DNA from: Tetramitus jugosus
Taxonomy: Eukaryota > Protista > Heterolobosea
DNA length: 64,000 nucleotides
Direction: 5' to 3'
Assembly (NCBI GenBank): GCA_937625935.1
Contig: OW569362.1
Span: 248,001 to 312,000, forward strand
Part shown: piece by piece, positions 42,901 to 53,102 of the stretch
Numbering within the stretch: position 1 is the stretch's first letter
How the letters are laid out: each line of letters opens with the position of its first letter
The notes under the pieces: generated by a model
Told to the model about the DNA's origin: nothing
Database searches by the model: none
What the model saw: only the letters and a program-made list of their open reading frames with translations
Made by a program: the position numbers and the translations under genes

Positions 42901-44187
42901 AGTCGGATGTACAAACTGGAAAAGTTGTCTTTCAATTTGTAATTCTGAAGGAGGTCGTAAAAAATAGAGACCAACTCTTTTGGTACATATGTTTTCTTCA
43001 AACACAGTTAGTCCTGGATATCATTTCTTTGTTCATATAGTCTGACTTACCATCGAGTTATCAAGCGATTCTATGCAATCTATAGTCAAGTGTAATACAT
43101 TGAGCCATTTAACTTCAACAATCAATTTGCTCAGATTTGGGCGTAAATAGTGAAGTAAAAGGGAGAAAATTGTTGTTTGTTCTTCACCAATTAATCGGAT
43201 ATCTGAGAGATCTTGCGCTGAGTAGTGGAGAAAGGGAACAATTGCTCTTAGCGTTTCAACGGCAATAGTAGAAACATCCTCATTCAGAATGAGGGGTAAA
43301 ATATGAGTGAATGAGTGTCGGATTACAAAAGATAGTTTTTGTTGATCGCATATAGGGATAAGGGCTGAAGCTTGAGACTTGTTGGTACATACCACCAACC
43401 AAGATTTTAAAAATATTTGAGCAATGGATCTCAGAGAGTATTGTAAAATACTTTGACTATGATTACCAATGAAGAGTAGGGAGATTAAACTTTTCAAGAT
43501 ATCTGTATTTGTGAAAAACACATCGGGAGGGAAATCATTGAAAACTTCATGCATTAACTCCTGTATTGCTTCCCGAATCACAGTTTCGTTTCTATGTCGT
43601 AACTTAATATTTAGTTCAAACAAATATTGTAGATCTTGCTGAGATAGTTGAGTGTTGTTGATTGGGGATAGAATTGTTTTCTCTTTGTTCGAACTCTCCT
43701 TCAAACTGTGTTTCTCGTTGTCTCGTTCGGTTCGTTTCGGTGATTGAATCATCTCTGTTCTATCTACAAACTCAACTTTAAGACTATTTTCTAACTCATA
43801 GGGCACGTTTTCAAGGTTCATAACAATATTATCTATATGAGAAAGAAGTAACTCGGGTGCAAAGGATCTCATTGTTCGAAAGAAGAGTATTGCTCCTCGT
43901 TCATTCATTATTCGAGCACTGTTCGCAATCTTTGAGAGTTGTTCCAGTAAAGTTAACACAATTTTGGATTGTGGGCACTCTTCTCTATTGAACCATTCCA
44001 TCAAATGATGAATCAATGTTTCATTCTCTGACAATTCTGCAAAAGTGATCAGATGATGATCGATTTTGGTCATCATATTTTGAAGAGCTCTCGATCGAAC
44101 AGATGCAAGTGGATGACTCAATTTAGAAACATAATTCTCAATCATACTCATTTTTCTATTCACTCTTGATTGTCTGTCTCTGGTCAT
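39988..44187 (-). CDS. RTTN: Rotatin (centriole/basal body ARM-repeat protein); exons 44187-43051, 42995-40238, 40175-39988
   Basis: N-terminal KLSHPLASVRSRALQNMMTKIDHHLI..LMEWFN is the RTTN_N pattern, and DFPPDVF is present. Introns GTAAGT..ACTAAC..GAAG and GTATGA..TCTAAC..ACAG. The last exon gives ALVLHAGMYNSPKCRNLL, like the rotatin C-terminus. Confidence 0.85.
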
Positions 44188-44299
44188 CCGATCCGTAAAG
44201 AATCAAACGGCGCCAAAAGAAAATTCTTCAAGCAAAGCCTGGAACAATTTTTTTGCATCCAACAAGAAAAAGCTCCAACTACAAGTACACCAAAAAAAC

Positions 44300-45541
44300 A
44301 TGAGTCTTGATCTACTCAATGTGCGCGAGAGAAGAGACACATCTGGAGAGGACTACAATCTTCTTGTGATCGCACTTGATCTCAACATGCATGCCTGGGG
44401 CAAAAGAAGTCTCGAAAAAAATCAAATGAGTGCTTCACCGAGCACACCAACCACAGGCGGTGTCAACAGAACACTCATCTCCCTACCAAAATTCATTCAT
44501 CAAGTTCTCGTGTTCATAAAGGCCTATTTGACCTCTGATGGAAGAAATCGAGTTGCTATTGTAGCTTCTGGTCATCAATCAAGGTATGAATGATGACTTC
44601 ATGTTTTTTCAATATGTAGTGACAGACAGACAGAGAGATAGCTTTGAAGAATGTTTTTTTTTAACACGAGTTTTTTTGTGTGTGATCACATAAACAGTGA
44701 GTTCATCTATCCGAGACCTCCCAGAGCAATCAATAGTGGTGATCACGTCGGTGGTGTTGGAAATGGTGTTCATTCTTCATCCAATGATCATAGTAGTGGT
44801 GGTAGTGGTATAACGAGCAGTAGTAGTGCATCTTCAGGCAGTTTAGCCTATACGAATTTGATGGGAACAGATAAGGAGACTTCTGATTTCTTTATGAATG
44901 AAGTTTCGTTTGTTCAGCTCAAGATGGCTGTAATGGACTATTTGAACAGTCTAAAGGATCGATACAGTGCACAAGCAGAGGACACGAGTGCACTCAACAA
45001 TCTGCCGAAACAAAAATTGTTGAGTACGGCACTTAGTGGCTCTCTCACCAAGAGTCTCTGCTATATCAATCGATTACAAAAGGAGAAACCACAGGGAATT
45101 CATCTACAGTCGCGTATTCTCATTTTCCAATTGTGTCACGATATACCGACACAGTACATTTCGATCATGAATGCGATTTTTAGTGCAGAGAAGATGGAAG
45201 TCGTGTTGGACAGTGTAGTTCTGTCCGATGCTGATTCTAGTTTCTTACAGCAGGCATCTCATTTCACAAAGGGCGTGTATATGAAGCCGTTGAGACAAGA
45301 AGGTCTATTGCAATATCTCATGAGTATCTTTATTGTGAATGTTCAATTGAGAGAAACATGTGTGAATATGCCAGTACAGAGCTCAGTGGACTTCCGGGCC
45401 AGTTGTTTTGAGACTAAGCAGTCAATTGATCGAGGCTTCGTGTGCTCCGTATGCTTATCTATCTTTAGTAGGTCCATTAACAGTTGCTCCACATGTGGTG
45501 AAAGATTGATCAATGTTACTTCTCAACCCAAGAGACGATAA
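44300..45541 (+). CDS. TFB4: TFIIH subunit Tfb4/p34; exons 44300-44583 and 44698-45541
   Basis: LLVIALDLN..W, LSGSLTKSLCYINR, QYISIMNAIFSA, FLQQASHFTKGVY, VDFRASCF and zinc finger GFVCSVCLSIF..CSTCG. Intron GTATGA..AACAG. Confidence 0.92.
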
Positions 45542-45675
45542 TTATGTTTTGCACCTCGGGATGGAATGTATGTGAATACGTGTTGGCTCACAGAACACAA
45601 CGCACTGCAACATGAAATCAACCCAACTCCAACAAACGTGTACATAAATAACTAGTTCATTTTTAATACGAGGAG

Positions 45676-46983
45676 TTAATTGTGGTTGTTGTTGTCGTTG
45701 GGACCTCCTGCGAGTGTAGGAGAACCGTGCTTTCGAATGTTTCTTCTTCTGTAATTAGTCATCCAATCATTCAGTTGAGTCACGGTGAGGCCTGTCTTCT
45801 TTGCTAAGTCGTCCTTTTCTTCCTTGGATGGATAAGGATTGTTGGTGTGAGAAATCATCCATTGCTTGAGAACAACTGTGGCCTCCTTTGGGAAGTCATA
45901 TCTCTTTCCGAGTTTGTTGCCCGTTCTGGGAGGTCGATTCTGTCTTGACGAAAGCTTGGAACTGTACTGCTTTAGGGACTCTATCTCTTCTTCCAGCTTG
46001 TGTATTGTTGACTCTTGACTGTGTATAATTTCTTCCTTTTGATGCAGTAATTGATTCAATTCATCTACGTACAGTCCATCATCGAGAATGGATGATGCAG
46101 GAGGAAGTTGAATCTTGGAAGGTGACTCTGAAGGAGACGAATCAGCTTGGAAGGACCCACGTCTCGCACTCTGTAGTAGAATTCTTTGGGTTTGTAGCTG
46201 TTGTTGATTAGATTGAGTATCATTTTCTTTCTCTTGGTTCAAGGTTGACAACGATGGCAGTTGTAAACTATTCTTCTTTTCTTTTTCTCCGCCAACTTGG
46301 TATGTACAGAGGAGCCTTGGCGGTGTCGGTTGTTTACGTGTTTGTGAGGAAGAGGAAGAAGATGAAGAAGAGGACGTCATTGGGACCGAGTAGAGCAGTG
46401 GATGAGTAGCCATCTTTGGGAGTGGGACTCTTGGTTGAGTCACACTCAACTTTTGGTTCATTTGATTCAGTTGTTGTTCCAGAGAAGAAATCTTGGTGGT
46501 GCACTCTTCCAGCTTTTGCAGGTACTTTCTCTCCTTCTCCTTCCACTCATCTTCCTTGATTCTTTGTTGAAAGGTGGACATGATGATTCCTTCTCTCATC
46601 TTTGTTCTCTCATTGGCTAGTTCACTGTTTTGAGATTGAAGTCGCTCAATGATCAACTTGTCAGTGAGTGGAAGTCTAGAGGATGGGTCTTTGTTATCGA
46701 ACAAGTTGGAAGAATTGTTGACAACCTCTGTGTGAAGGAGTTTCATCTGTTTGAAAGCTGCTTGTTCCTTCTCATCTTCACTACAAGTCAAATCTTGGCT
46801 AAACTTTCTCTTGTTTGTTTGAAGGGGAGCCAGTTGACAGTTCTTGTCAACCAAAATTGGAGTTTGACTGTTGGGAGTCGGGTGCGCGGATACTGGCTTG
46901 AGCAATGAGATGGAGTTGGACCGCTGATTGTTAATGTGACCAGGTTCTATGCCTGGCAAATGGTTTGAACTACGTGAAGACAT
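45676..46983 (-). CDS. TALE-class homeodomain transcription factor with coiled coils
   Basis: FPKEATVVLKQWMISHTNNPYPSKEEKDDLAKKTGLTVTQLNDWMTNYRRR, including the PYP loop. Confidence 0.9.
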   Translation of the reverse strand: MSSRSSNHLPGIEPGHINNQRSNSISLLKPVSAHPTPNSQTPILVDKNCQLAPLQTNKRKFSQDLTCSEDEKEQAAFKQMKLLHTEVVNNSSNLFDNKDPSSRLPLTDKLIIERLQSQNSELANERTKMREGIIMSTFQQRIKEDEWKEKERKYLQKLEECTTKISSLEQQLNQMNQKLSVTQPRVPLPKMATHPLLYSVPMTSSSSSSSSSSQTRKQPTPPRLLCTYQVGGEKEKKNSLQLPSLSTLNQEKENDTQSNQQQLQTQRILLQSARRGSFQADSSPSESPSKIQLPPASSILDDGLYVDELNQLLHQKEEIIHSQESTIHKLEEEIESLKQYSSKLSSRQNRPPRTGNKLGKRYDFPKEATVVLKQWMISHTNNPYPSKEEKDDLAKKTGLTVTQLNDWMTNYRRRNIRKHGSPTLAGGPNDNNNHN

Positions 46984-47419
46984 GATTCCTTTTGTGTGGT
47001 GTTTCTGTGTTATTCAGGTCAAGGCTGTTGTTTTATTTGACAGGATCTTGGTTTACTGACAAGAACCTTTGATTGTATAAATAGTTATGTGAATGTTGTT
47101 AGAATTCCAAAATACATTACCATTATTCCTTATCGAGAAATCACAGGAACAAGCTTCGCGGTAGCCACAGATTCCTTACCACTTGCCATCCATAACCCAC
47201 CTCCAAAGCAAGATCAAAATAACTTAAATGCCAAATGAAACTATCGGGCAGATGCGATTTGAATGACTCACCAAAAGATCTGGAATCAACCAACAAGATA
47301 CTTCGGTACTGAACCAACAATATCATTCAACAAAAGAAATACAAAAGAACAGAGCATCCAACACATAAAATTCCGATTACAACATCTATTAATAGCGCGA
47401 AAAAACAATTCTGAAAAAA

Positions 47420-48100
47420 ATGTCTTCTGCTGATCCACAACAAATTACCCTGTACGGCTACTGGAGAAGCTCTTCTGCCTGGAGAGTCCGTATAGCCCTA
47501 GCTCTCAAGAATATTGACCAATACGAGTATGTTGCGATCAATTTGCTCCACAGTCAACAAACCTCTGAAGACTTTGCCCAAAAGAATCCATCCAAGCAAG
47601 TGCCTGCCATTTTCATCGATGGTCACATCCTCTGTCAATCCTTGGCTATTATCGAATACTTGGAAGAAACAAGAAAGGACAATGGAGAAAGATTGTTGCC
47701 TGATTGTCCATTGGAGAGAGCAAAGGTGAGACAAGTGAGTGATTTGATTGCAAGTGGAATTCAACCGTTGCAGAATATGGGTGTGTTGAACAGAGTGAGT
47801 CAAGTTGCTGGTGGCAACGACGAAGAGAAGAAAAAGTGGGCCAGTCATTGGATCAAGAATGGTTTGGACGCGTTGGAAAAGATTTTGAGTGAGAGCTCAA
47901 AGAGTGGCAAGTACTGTGTTGGAGACGCTGTTTCGATGGCTGATTTGTGCTTGGTTCCTCAATTGTATGGTGCCAGAAGGTTCGAAGTCGATTTGTCAGT
48001 CTATCCAACCATTTTGAGCATTGAGAGTCATTTGTCTGGTTTGGATGCTTTCAAGAAGGCACATTGTGATGTGCAGCCAGATGCTCCAAATCAAGCTTAA
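47420..48100 (+). CDS. GSTZ1: Glutathione S-transferase zeta / maleylacetoacetate isomerase
   Basis: LYGYWRSSSAWRVRIALALK, QSLAIIEYLEE, IASGIQPLQN, MADLCLVPQ, AH..QPDAP. Confidence 0.93.
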   Translation: MSSADPQQITLYGYWRSSSAWRVRIALALKNIDQYEYVAINLLHSQQTSEDFAQKNPSKQVPAIFIDGHILCQSLAIIEYLEETRKDNGERLLPDCPLERAKVRQVSDLIASGIQPLQNMGVLNRVSQVAGGNDEEKKKWASHWIKNGLDALEKILSESSKSGKYCVGDAVSMADLCLVPQLYGARRFEVDLSVYPTILSIESHLSGLDAFKKAHCDVQPDAPNQA

Positions 48101-48143
48101 ATAAAACTGAAGTTGGTTGGAGAAAATCTGAAGTTTTTTATTC

Positions 48144-48881
48144 TTATTCTTCGCTGTACATTCTTTCAAAGTCAATTTGATTCTTTACAACTTCTTTTGT
48201 CATCCAATGACCACTCGTGTCCACTGTTTGTATAAAATCTGGGCGCACAATCTTACATCTGTGCTTTAACACTCCTCCTGCGTGATCATCCACTCTAATA
48301 TAGACACCTTCGACGGTAGTACGTTGCTTCGATTGATTCACATAATCTGACGCAGTCTCCAACAACGCCTCATACGCTTGTCTATTCGGAAGAATCTGAT
48401 TGCTGACAAGTGCCTTGACCACAGGGATATTGGAGCCTTGCAACTTATCATTCCTCTCGTTCACACTCAAATAAACTTCTCTGCTTCGATCATAGATATC
48501 AAACGCTACAAAGTAACCTGGTAACCGGTCATATTGAATCGAATGCTTGGCGTACATCCACTCTCCAAACAGAATAAAGTTTGGAGACAAGATTCTATAG
48601 AGTGCATCCGAGTGTTCACTGATCCACGAGTCAAGTGCCTTGAATTGACTATGTGACAGACTAGTCACGTAATGAGATCGATTCTGGGCAAGGATACGAC
48701 CTCCATCACTGTCCAAACTCAATCCCAAGTTGGAACCATCAATCTTCTCCTCCACAGTCACTGGGAAAGTGTAAAATGGTTTGGCATCTGTTTTGTCCAA
48801 CAGTAGGTCGTCTCTAGCCATTCGGCCTTTTTGTACTTCAAACAAATGATAGGTCCTCGGGAATTTTCTAAAGTCTTCCAT
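48144..48881 (-). CDS. Stand-alone ATP-dependent RNA ligase family nucleotidyltransferase
   Basis: KFPRTYHL, motif I EEKIDGSN, III LFGEW, IIIa FVAFDI, IV EGVYIR and V KIVRPDF. Confidence 0.85.
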   Translation of the reverse strand: MEDFRKFPRTYHLFEVQKGRMARDDLLLDKTDAKPFYTFPVTVEEKIDGSNLGLSLDSDGGRILAQNRSHYVTSLSHSQFKALDSWISEHSDALYRILSPNFILFGEWMYAKHSIQYDRLPGYFVAFDIYDRSREVYLSVNERNDKLQGSNIPVVKALVSNQILPNRQAYEALLETASDYVNQSKQRTTVEGVYIRVDDHAGGVLKHRCKIVRPDFIQTVDTSGHWMTKEVVKNQIDFERMYSEE

Positions 48882-49035
48882 TGTGTATCAACAACGTATG
48901 ATTGGTTCGTAATTTTGTGTGTTTGGTTTTGTGTCTCTGATGTTTGTTGCTTTCTCTCAGTTAAAAAATTGTTCGTTGTTTTGCAGAACATGCGTTTCGA
49001 GATTGACCCAAGAAGAATCAGAGGAAAATAAAAGT

Positions 49036-52000
49036 TTATAAGCCAAAGAAGAATTTAACAGGCGGTGATTCTTTGTCGTTTGCTTGTGCATAGGAAGAAT
49101 CATTGTGCAACGATTGTGTACTCACATCGTCATTGTTTCGTCTTCGTTTCTGATCTGGTTCTTCTGGCATTTGACTCAGATTACAGGCATCGAGAACAGC
49201 ATCAAAATCGATGTCATCAAATTCTTGGCCTGGCTTGATTTCAATATCACTATCTTCCAGTGCAGTGTGCTTTTGTTCTTGTGAATCACGAACTCTCTTG
49301 GTATTGTTGTTACTTTGCGCAGTAGAGGCAAATAAATGTCTGGGAGTGGATCTTAGTGGAGTTGACTGGGATCCCAGTCTCGACTTGCGAGAAGAGATGG
49401 GAGTTGATTGACTGGGAGAGAACATAAATTTTGCAAATGGCGAGGCAGTGGCCTCAGACTTTTCTGTTGTGTCATTGACCTTTCTTTTGGGAGTCTCAGG
49501 GTTTGAAGGTTTCGTTCTTGCAGGAAGCTTTGGTGTTGCAGGTTTGGGAAGTACAGGCTTTGCAACTTGTTCCTTCTTCTTTTGTTGTGCAGTTTGGTAC
49601 ACTGAACTCACGTCGTCGTCATCATCAGAGTCAAGTCCACTAGAAAATGGTAAAGTTATTGGTTTTCGAGGCCTTAGTGTACGCTGCTCTGTGATCGATT
49701 CATTCTCGATTGTATCCTCCTCGTGAACAAAATCATCTGCGGTGTTTGAGTTATCAGGCTTTGTGTTACTCTTTTTCACAGGATTCTCCTTAGTTAGTTG
49801 TTGTTGGCGGGCTGTGCGAATTGGTGGTGCCTCTTCCCTTCTTGCTACAGAAGTCGTAGCTCTTGTATCTGTACTACTGCTTGACTCGGTTGAAGAACTG
49901 AAGAAGCTACGTTTAAATACATAGTTGGATTTTTGACCTTCATATTTCTGCTTTGCTATTTCTACAATATCTGTGTTACCTTGGAAGAAGAAATCTGCCA
50001 AGTTAGCCGAAGTCTTCTTTGCGGTAGTTTTAGCTTTTCCCTTGGAGAGTGTACTTCTGACTTTTGGTGATTCTGTTCTTCTTGTTGGTATCGGTTTTGG
50101 TTCCGGTTCTGGATCTTTGAATTCTTGTTCATCATTTTCATCTTCTAGAATAATCTCGTTGTCATCTTCATCATCGAAAAATCCAGCCTGTTTGGTAGTT
50201 CCAGTAAATGACTCGTCCACATCAAAATTTTCTATATCGTCCAGTGCCCTATTAATCTCGTACTTTTGTTCGCTTTCTTCAGTGGACATTGTTTGATCCA
50301 TTCCTTCATATTTTGAATACTCAGAGTCATCCCATTGATTGACTTCATTCTTTGCATCCAATGTCTCACCCAATACTTCGATTTTTCTTTGAATTAGCGG
50401 CCATAATTCATCATCTAGAGTTCCCTTGGCCAGCAAGTACTGAATGGTCACCGTATGTGTTTGACCAATTCTATGAACTCTATCCTCTGCTTGAAGCAAG
50501 GTACCAGGTGTCCAATATAACTCTGCAAAGATAGCTGTTGAGCAAGGTGTAAATGTGAGACCAACACCAGCAGCAGTTATACTCAAGATGGCTACTCGAT
50601 ATTCACTATTATGTCTGAATTCGTCGACCAGCTTCTGTCTCTTACCTTGTGCTGTCGAGCCATCAATTCGAATATATTTCGTCTTGCTCTTCTTTACCAC
50701 CTCCTCAATACCATCTAAAACGTTCAAATGGAAACCAAATATCAAAAATTTGACTCCTTTGTCAAGAAGATCTGAAACGTATGCTCGAACTGCCTTTAAT
50801 TTTGCAGTACCAGTCTTATTAAACATTTCCAACCACTTATAATTTTTTCCTCGTTCTTTGTACTCGTGTTCCTCCATACTCTTTGCTTGCATCATTTCCT
50901 TGGCAATTGATTTTCGCTCAGAAGCAGAAGACTTTAAAGACTTCAGATCTTTGTCCTCTACACATAAATGAATATATTGTCTATTTTTCGTTGGTAGTTC
51001 GGTCAATACGTCATTCTTTCTTCGTCTAATCATCACTGTTCGCGATAGCAAATAATTTAATTCTGTTAGATTCGATGATCCTCTTCTATCGATTCCAAAT
51101 GTTGTTTCCTTTGCCTCACAATACCGCTTCGAAAAATCATCATATGACAACCACCATTTTCCTTGCATAACGAGATCAATTTGAGGATAAAGTTCAATGG
51201 GTCTCGACAATGCTGGTGTACCAGTAATTAGAATAACTCGTTCGGCATTCTTGAGAAGAGGTCGAATATTTTTGACACGATCTGTTCTCTGATTTTTTAA
51301 ATTATGACTCTCATCCACAATGGCACATCCAAAGTTTCGCTTTAGTAAGTCTTCGGTGTTTTTTGCTGCCAACTCGTACGATATAATATTAATTTTGTTG
51401 TTCGGTTTGATATGACTTGAAGTAATGACATTAATATGTTCGGGGTATATGCCCAACCATTTCTCCAATTCGTTACTCCAGTTGTATCTCAATGTAGCAG
51501 GACAAATGATCAGTAGTGGCCAGTTCTCTTTAAAATAGTAAGCAATAGACATGGCTTGCATGGTCTTTCCTAAACCCATCTCATCTCCAATTAAGCATCT
51601 ACCATTGCGTGAAATACCAAAGATAACACCTTCCTTTTGGAAAGGACGCCATGCTTTCACGAGTGATGCAGGGAATTTGCTCCAGTCCACTTCAGAATCG
51701 TCCTTTGTATTTACAGGCTTGAAGGGTGTAATGAAACTGACCACAGAATCAGGTATGTCTTGTATAAATATTCTAGTGTTCGGCATGGATCGTATTAAAT
51801 TTTTGATTGCATCTCTTTGAGAATATGGGAACATCCACTGTTTGTCATTTCTCTTGATGGCAGACAGTTCCTCTGATTTCTTTTCAAACAAACACGAAAT
51901 GGCATACCGCAACGGCTTATTCTTGTCAGGTAAGGACACAAGCACGTACAAGTCAGAGTTGTCACTGAATTGTACGGTTCGCTGATCATTCTTCTCATTG

Positions 52001-52839
52001 CTTTCGTCGTCTTCATCTACAGTGGCATAACTCTTGGAACACAACTCAAATCTCACCATTTGATCCGGTGGAATCGATGAAGTTACTGGTACACTTGCAT
52101 GACTCCGATTATAATCTCCACCTGCAGTAATAATACCATTATGAACTACAGAGTCTGCCCAAACAAAATGACAACTCTGTTCCTTGGGACATGTCCAAAA
52201 TGGTCTACCCTTGTTAGGTCCCTCCTTTCTTGTAATTCTCTGTATACATTCCACTTGATGCTTGGGACAGAGTGGCGCCGTACTGCTACTGCTACCATCT
52301 TCACCATTGTTGTCATTATTCTTACTATTACTACATGCTCCTCCACTACTCTCACCACTACCAGAGTAAGACCGATAATCATCACCATCACCACTACCAC
52401 CATACTGAACCGAATAATTGCTCTTGTTATCCTCAGTGGCAACAGCCGCAGCAGGACTAGTATAAATACGAGTAAAAAAGGATGGTTGATCAGCTCCTCC
52501 TGCACCACTACTGTCACTACGGTTCATAGGACTCCTATTGACAAATGAAGTATTGGGTGATGCAGCAGTCGTTGATAAGATGGAGTGTCTATGAGCAGAT
52601 ACCATGGGAGAAGACCGATGATTCATCAATGAGGAGGCCGATCGTGGAGAAGAGAAAGATGACGAAGATTTTGACGAGTCAACCATGGTTGGGTCATCCC
52701 ATTTGAAAAATCGACAGGCATCCAATCGTTTGGCACACTTCCAGTACTGCTTCCCTTGATTTTCATTGTTTTTTTGAGATGTGAGACGAATGGCGTTCAT
52801 TCCACAATAACATTTTATGACTCCACTTTGCTCGGACAT
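49036..52839 (-). CDS. SMARCAL1/ZRANB3-type SNF2 annealing helicase with two N-terminal GRF zinc fingers
   Basis: GRCLIGDEMGLGKTMQA, VDESH, TGTPALSRPIEL, FAELYWTPGTLLQAEDRVHRIGQ. zf-GRF units CYCG..NQGKQYWKC..CRFFKW and CPKH..GPNKGRPFWTC..CHFVW. Confidence 0.9.
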   Translation of the reverse strand: MSEQSGVIKCYCGMNAIRLTSQKNNENQGKQYWKCAKRLDACRFFKWDDPTMVDSSKSSSSFSSPRSASSLMNHRSSPMVSAHRHSILSTTAASPNTSFVNRSPMNRSDSSGAGGADQPSFFTRIYTSPAAAVATEDNKSNYSVQYGGSGDGDDYRSYSGSGESSGGACSNSKNNDNNGEDGSSSSTAPLCPKHQVECIQRITRKEGPNKGRPFWTCPKEQSCHFVWADSVVHNGIITAGGDYNRSHASVPVTSSIPPDQMVRFELCSKSYATVDEDDESNEKNDQRTVQFSDNSDLYVLVSLPDKNKPLRYAISCLFEKKSEELSAIKRNDKQWMFPYSQRDAIKNLIRSMPNTRIFIQDIPDSVVSFITPFKPVNTKDDSEVDWSKFPASLVKAWRPFQKEGVIFGISRNGRCLIGDEMGLGKTMQAMSIAYYFKENWPLLIICPATLRYNWSNELEKWLGIYPEHINVITSSHIKPNNKINIISYELAAKNTEDLLKRNFGCAIVDESHNLKNQRTDRVKNIRPLLKNAERVILITGTPALSRPIELYPQIDLVMQGKWWLSYDDFSKRYCEAKETTFGIDRRGSSNLTELNYLLSRTVMIRRRKNDVLTELPTKNRQYIHLCVEDKDLKSLKSSASERKSIAKEMMQAKSMEEHEYKERGKNYKWLEMFNKTGTAKLKAVRAYVSDLLDKGVKFLIFGFHLNVLDGIEEVVKKSKTKYIRIDGSTAQGKRQKLVDEFRHNSEYRVAILSITAAGVGLTFTPCSTAIFAELYWTPGTLLQAEDRVHRIGQTHTVTIQYLLAKGTLDDELWPLIQRKIEVLGETLDAKNEVNQWDDSEYSKYEGMDQTMSTEESEQKYEINRALDDIENFDVDESFTGTTKQAGFFDDEDDNEIILEDENDEQEFKDPEPEPKPIPTRRTESPKVRSTLSKGKAKTTAKKTSANLADFFFQGNTDIVEIAKQKYEGQKSNYVFKRSFFSSSTESSSSTDTRATTSVARREEAPPIRTARQQQLTKENPVKKSNTKPDNSNTADDFVHEEDTIENESITEQRTLRPRKPITLPFSSGLDSDDDDDVSSVYQTAQQKKKEQVAKPVLPKPATPKLPARTKPSNPETPKRKVNDTTEKSEATASPFAKFMFSPSQSTPISSRKSRLGSQSTPLRSTPRHLFASTAQSNNNTKRVRDSQEQKHTALEDSDIEIKPGQEFDDIDFDAVLDACNLSQMPEEPDQKRRRNNDDVSTQSLHNDSSYAQANDKESPPVKFFFGL

Positions 52840-53102
52840 GATTTGTTGTTTACTGATTGTCTCCTGTTGATCTTCTTCCCAGACTCACAAGCTGTGTTTG
52901 TTTCTGTTCGTGGGAGTTTTTCTATGCAAATTATTACTGGAAGAATTGTTGTTTTAATAAATTTCCGATCGAATATGTCCGCGATTGAAAAAGGAATTTC
53001 GAACTTCAATTTCGATCTGTGCAAAACAAGTTTTCATCACAACAAACACACAATTAACAACAACAAAAACAACATCAAATCAACAACCAAACAACAACAA
53101 CA

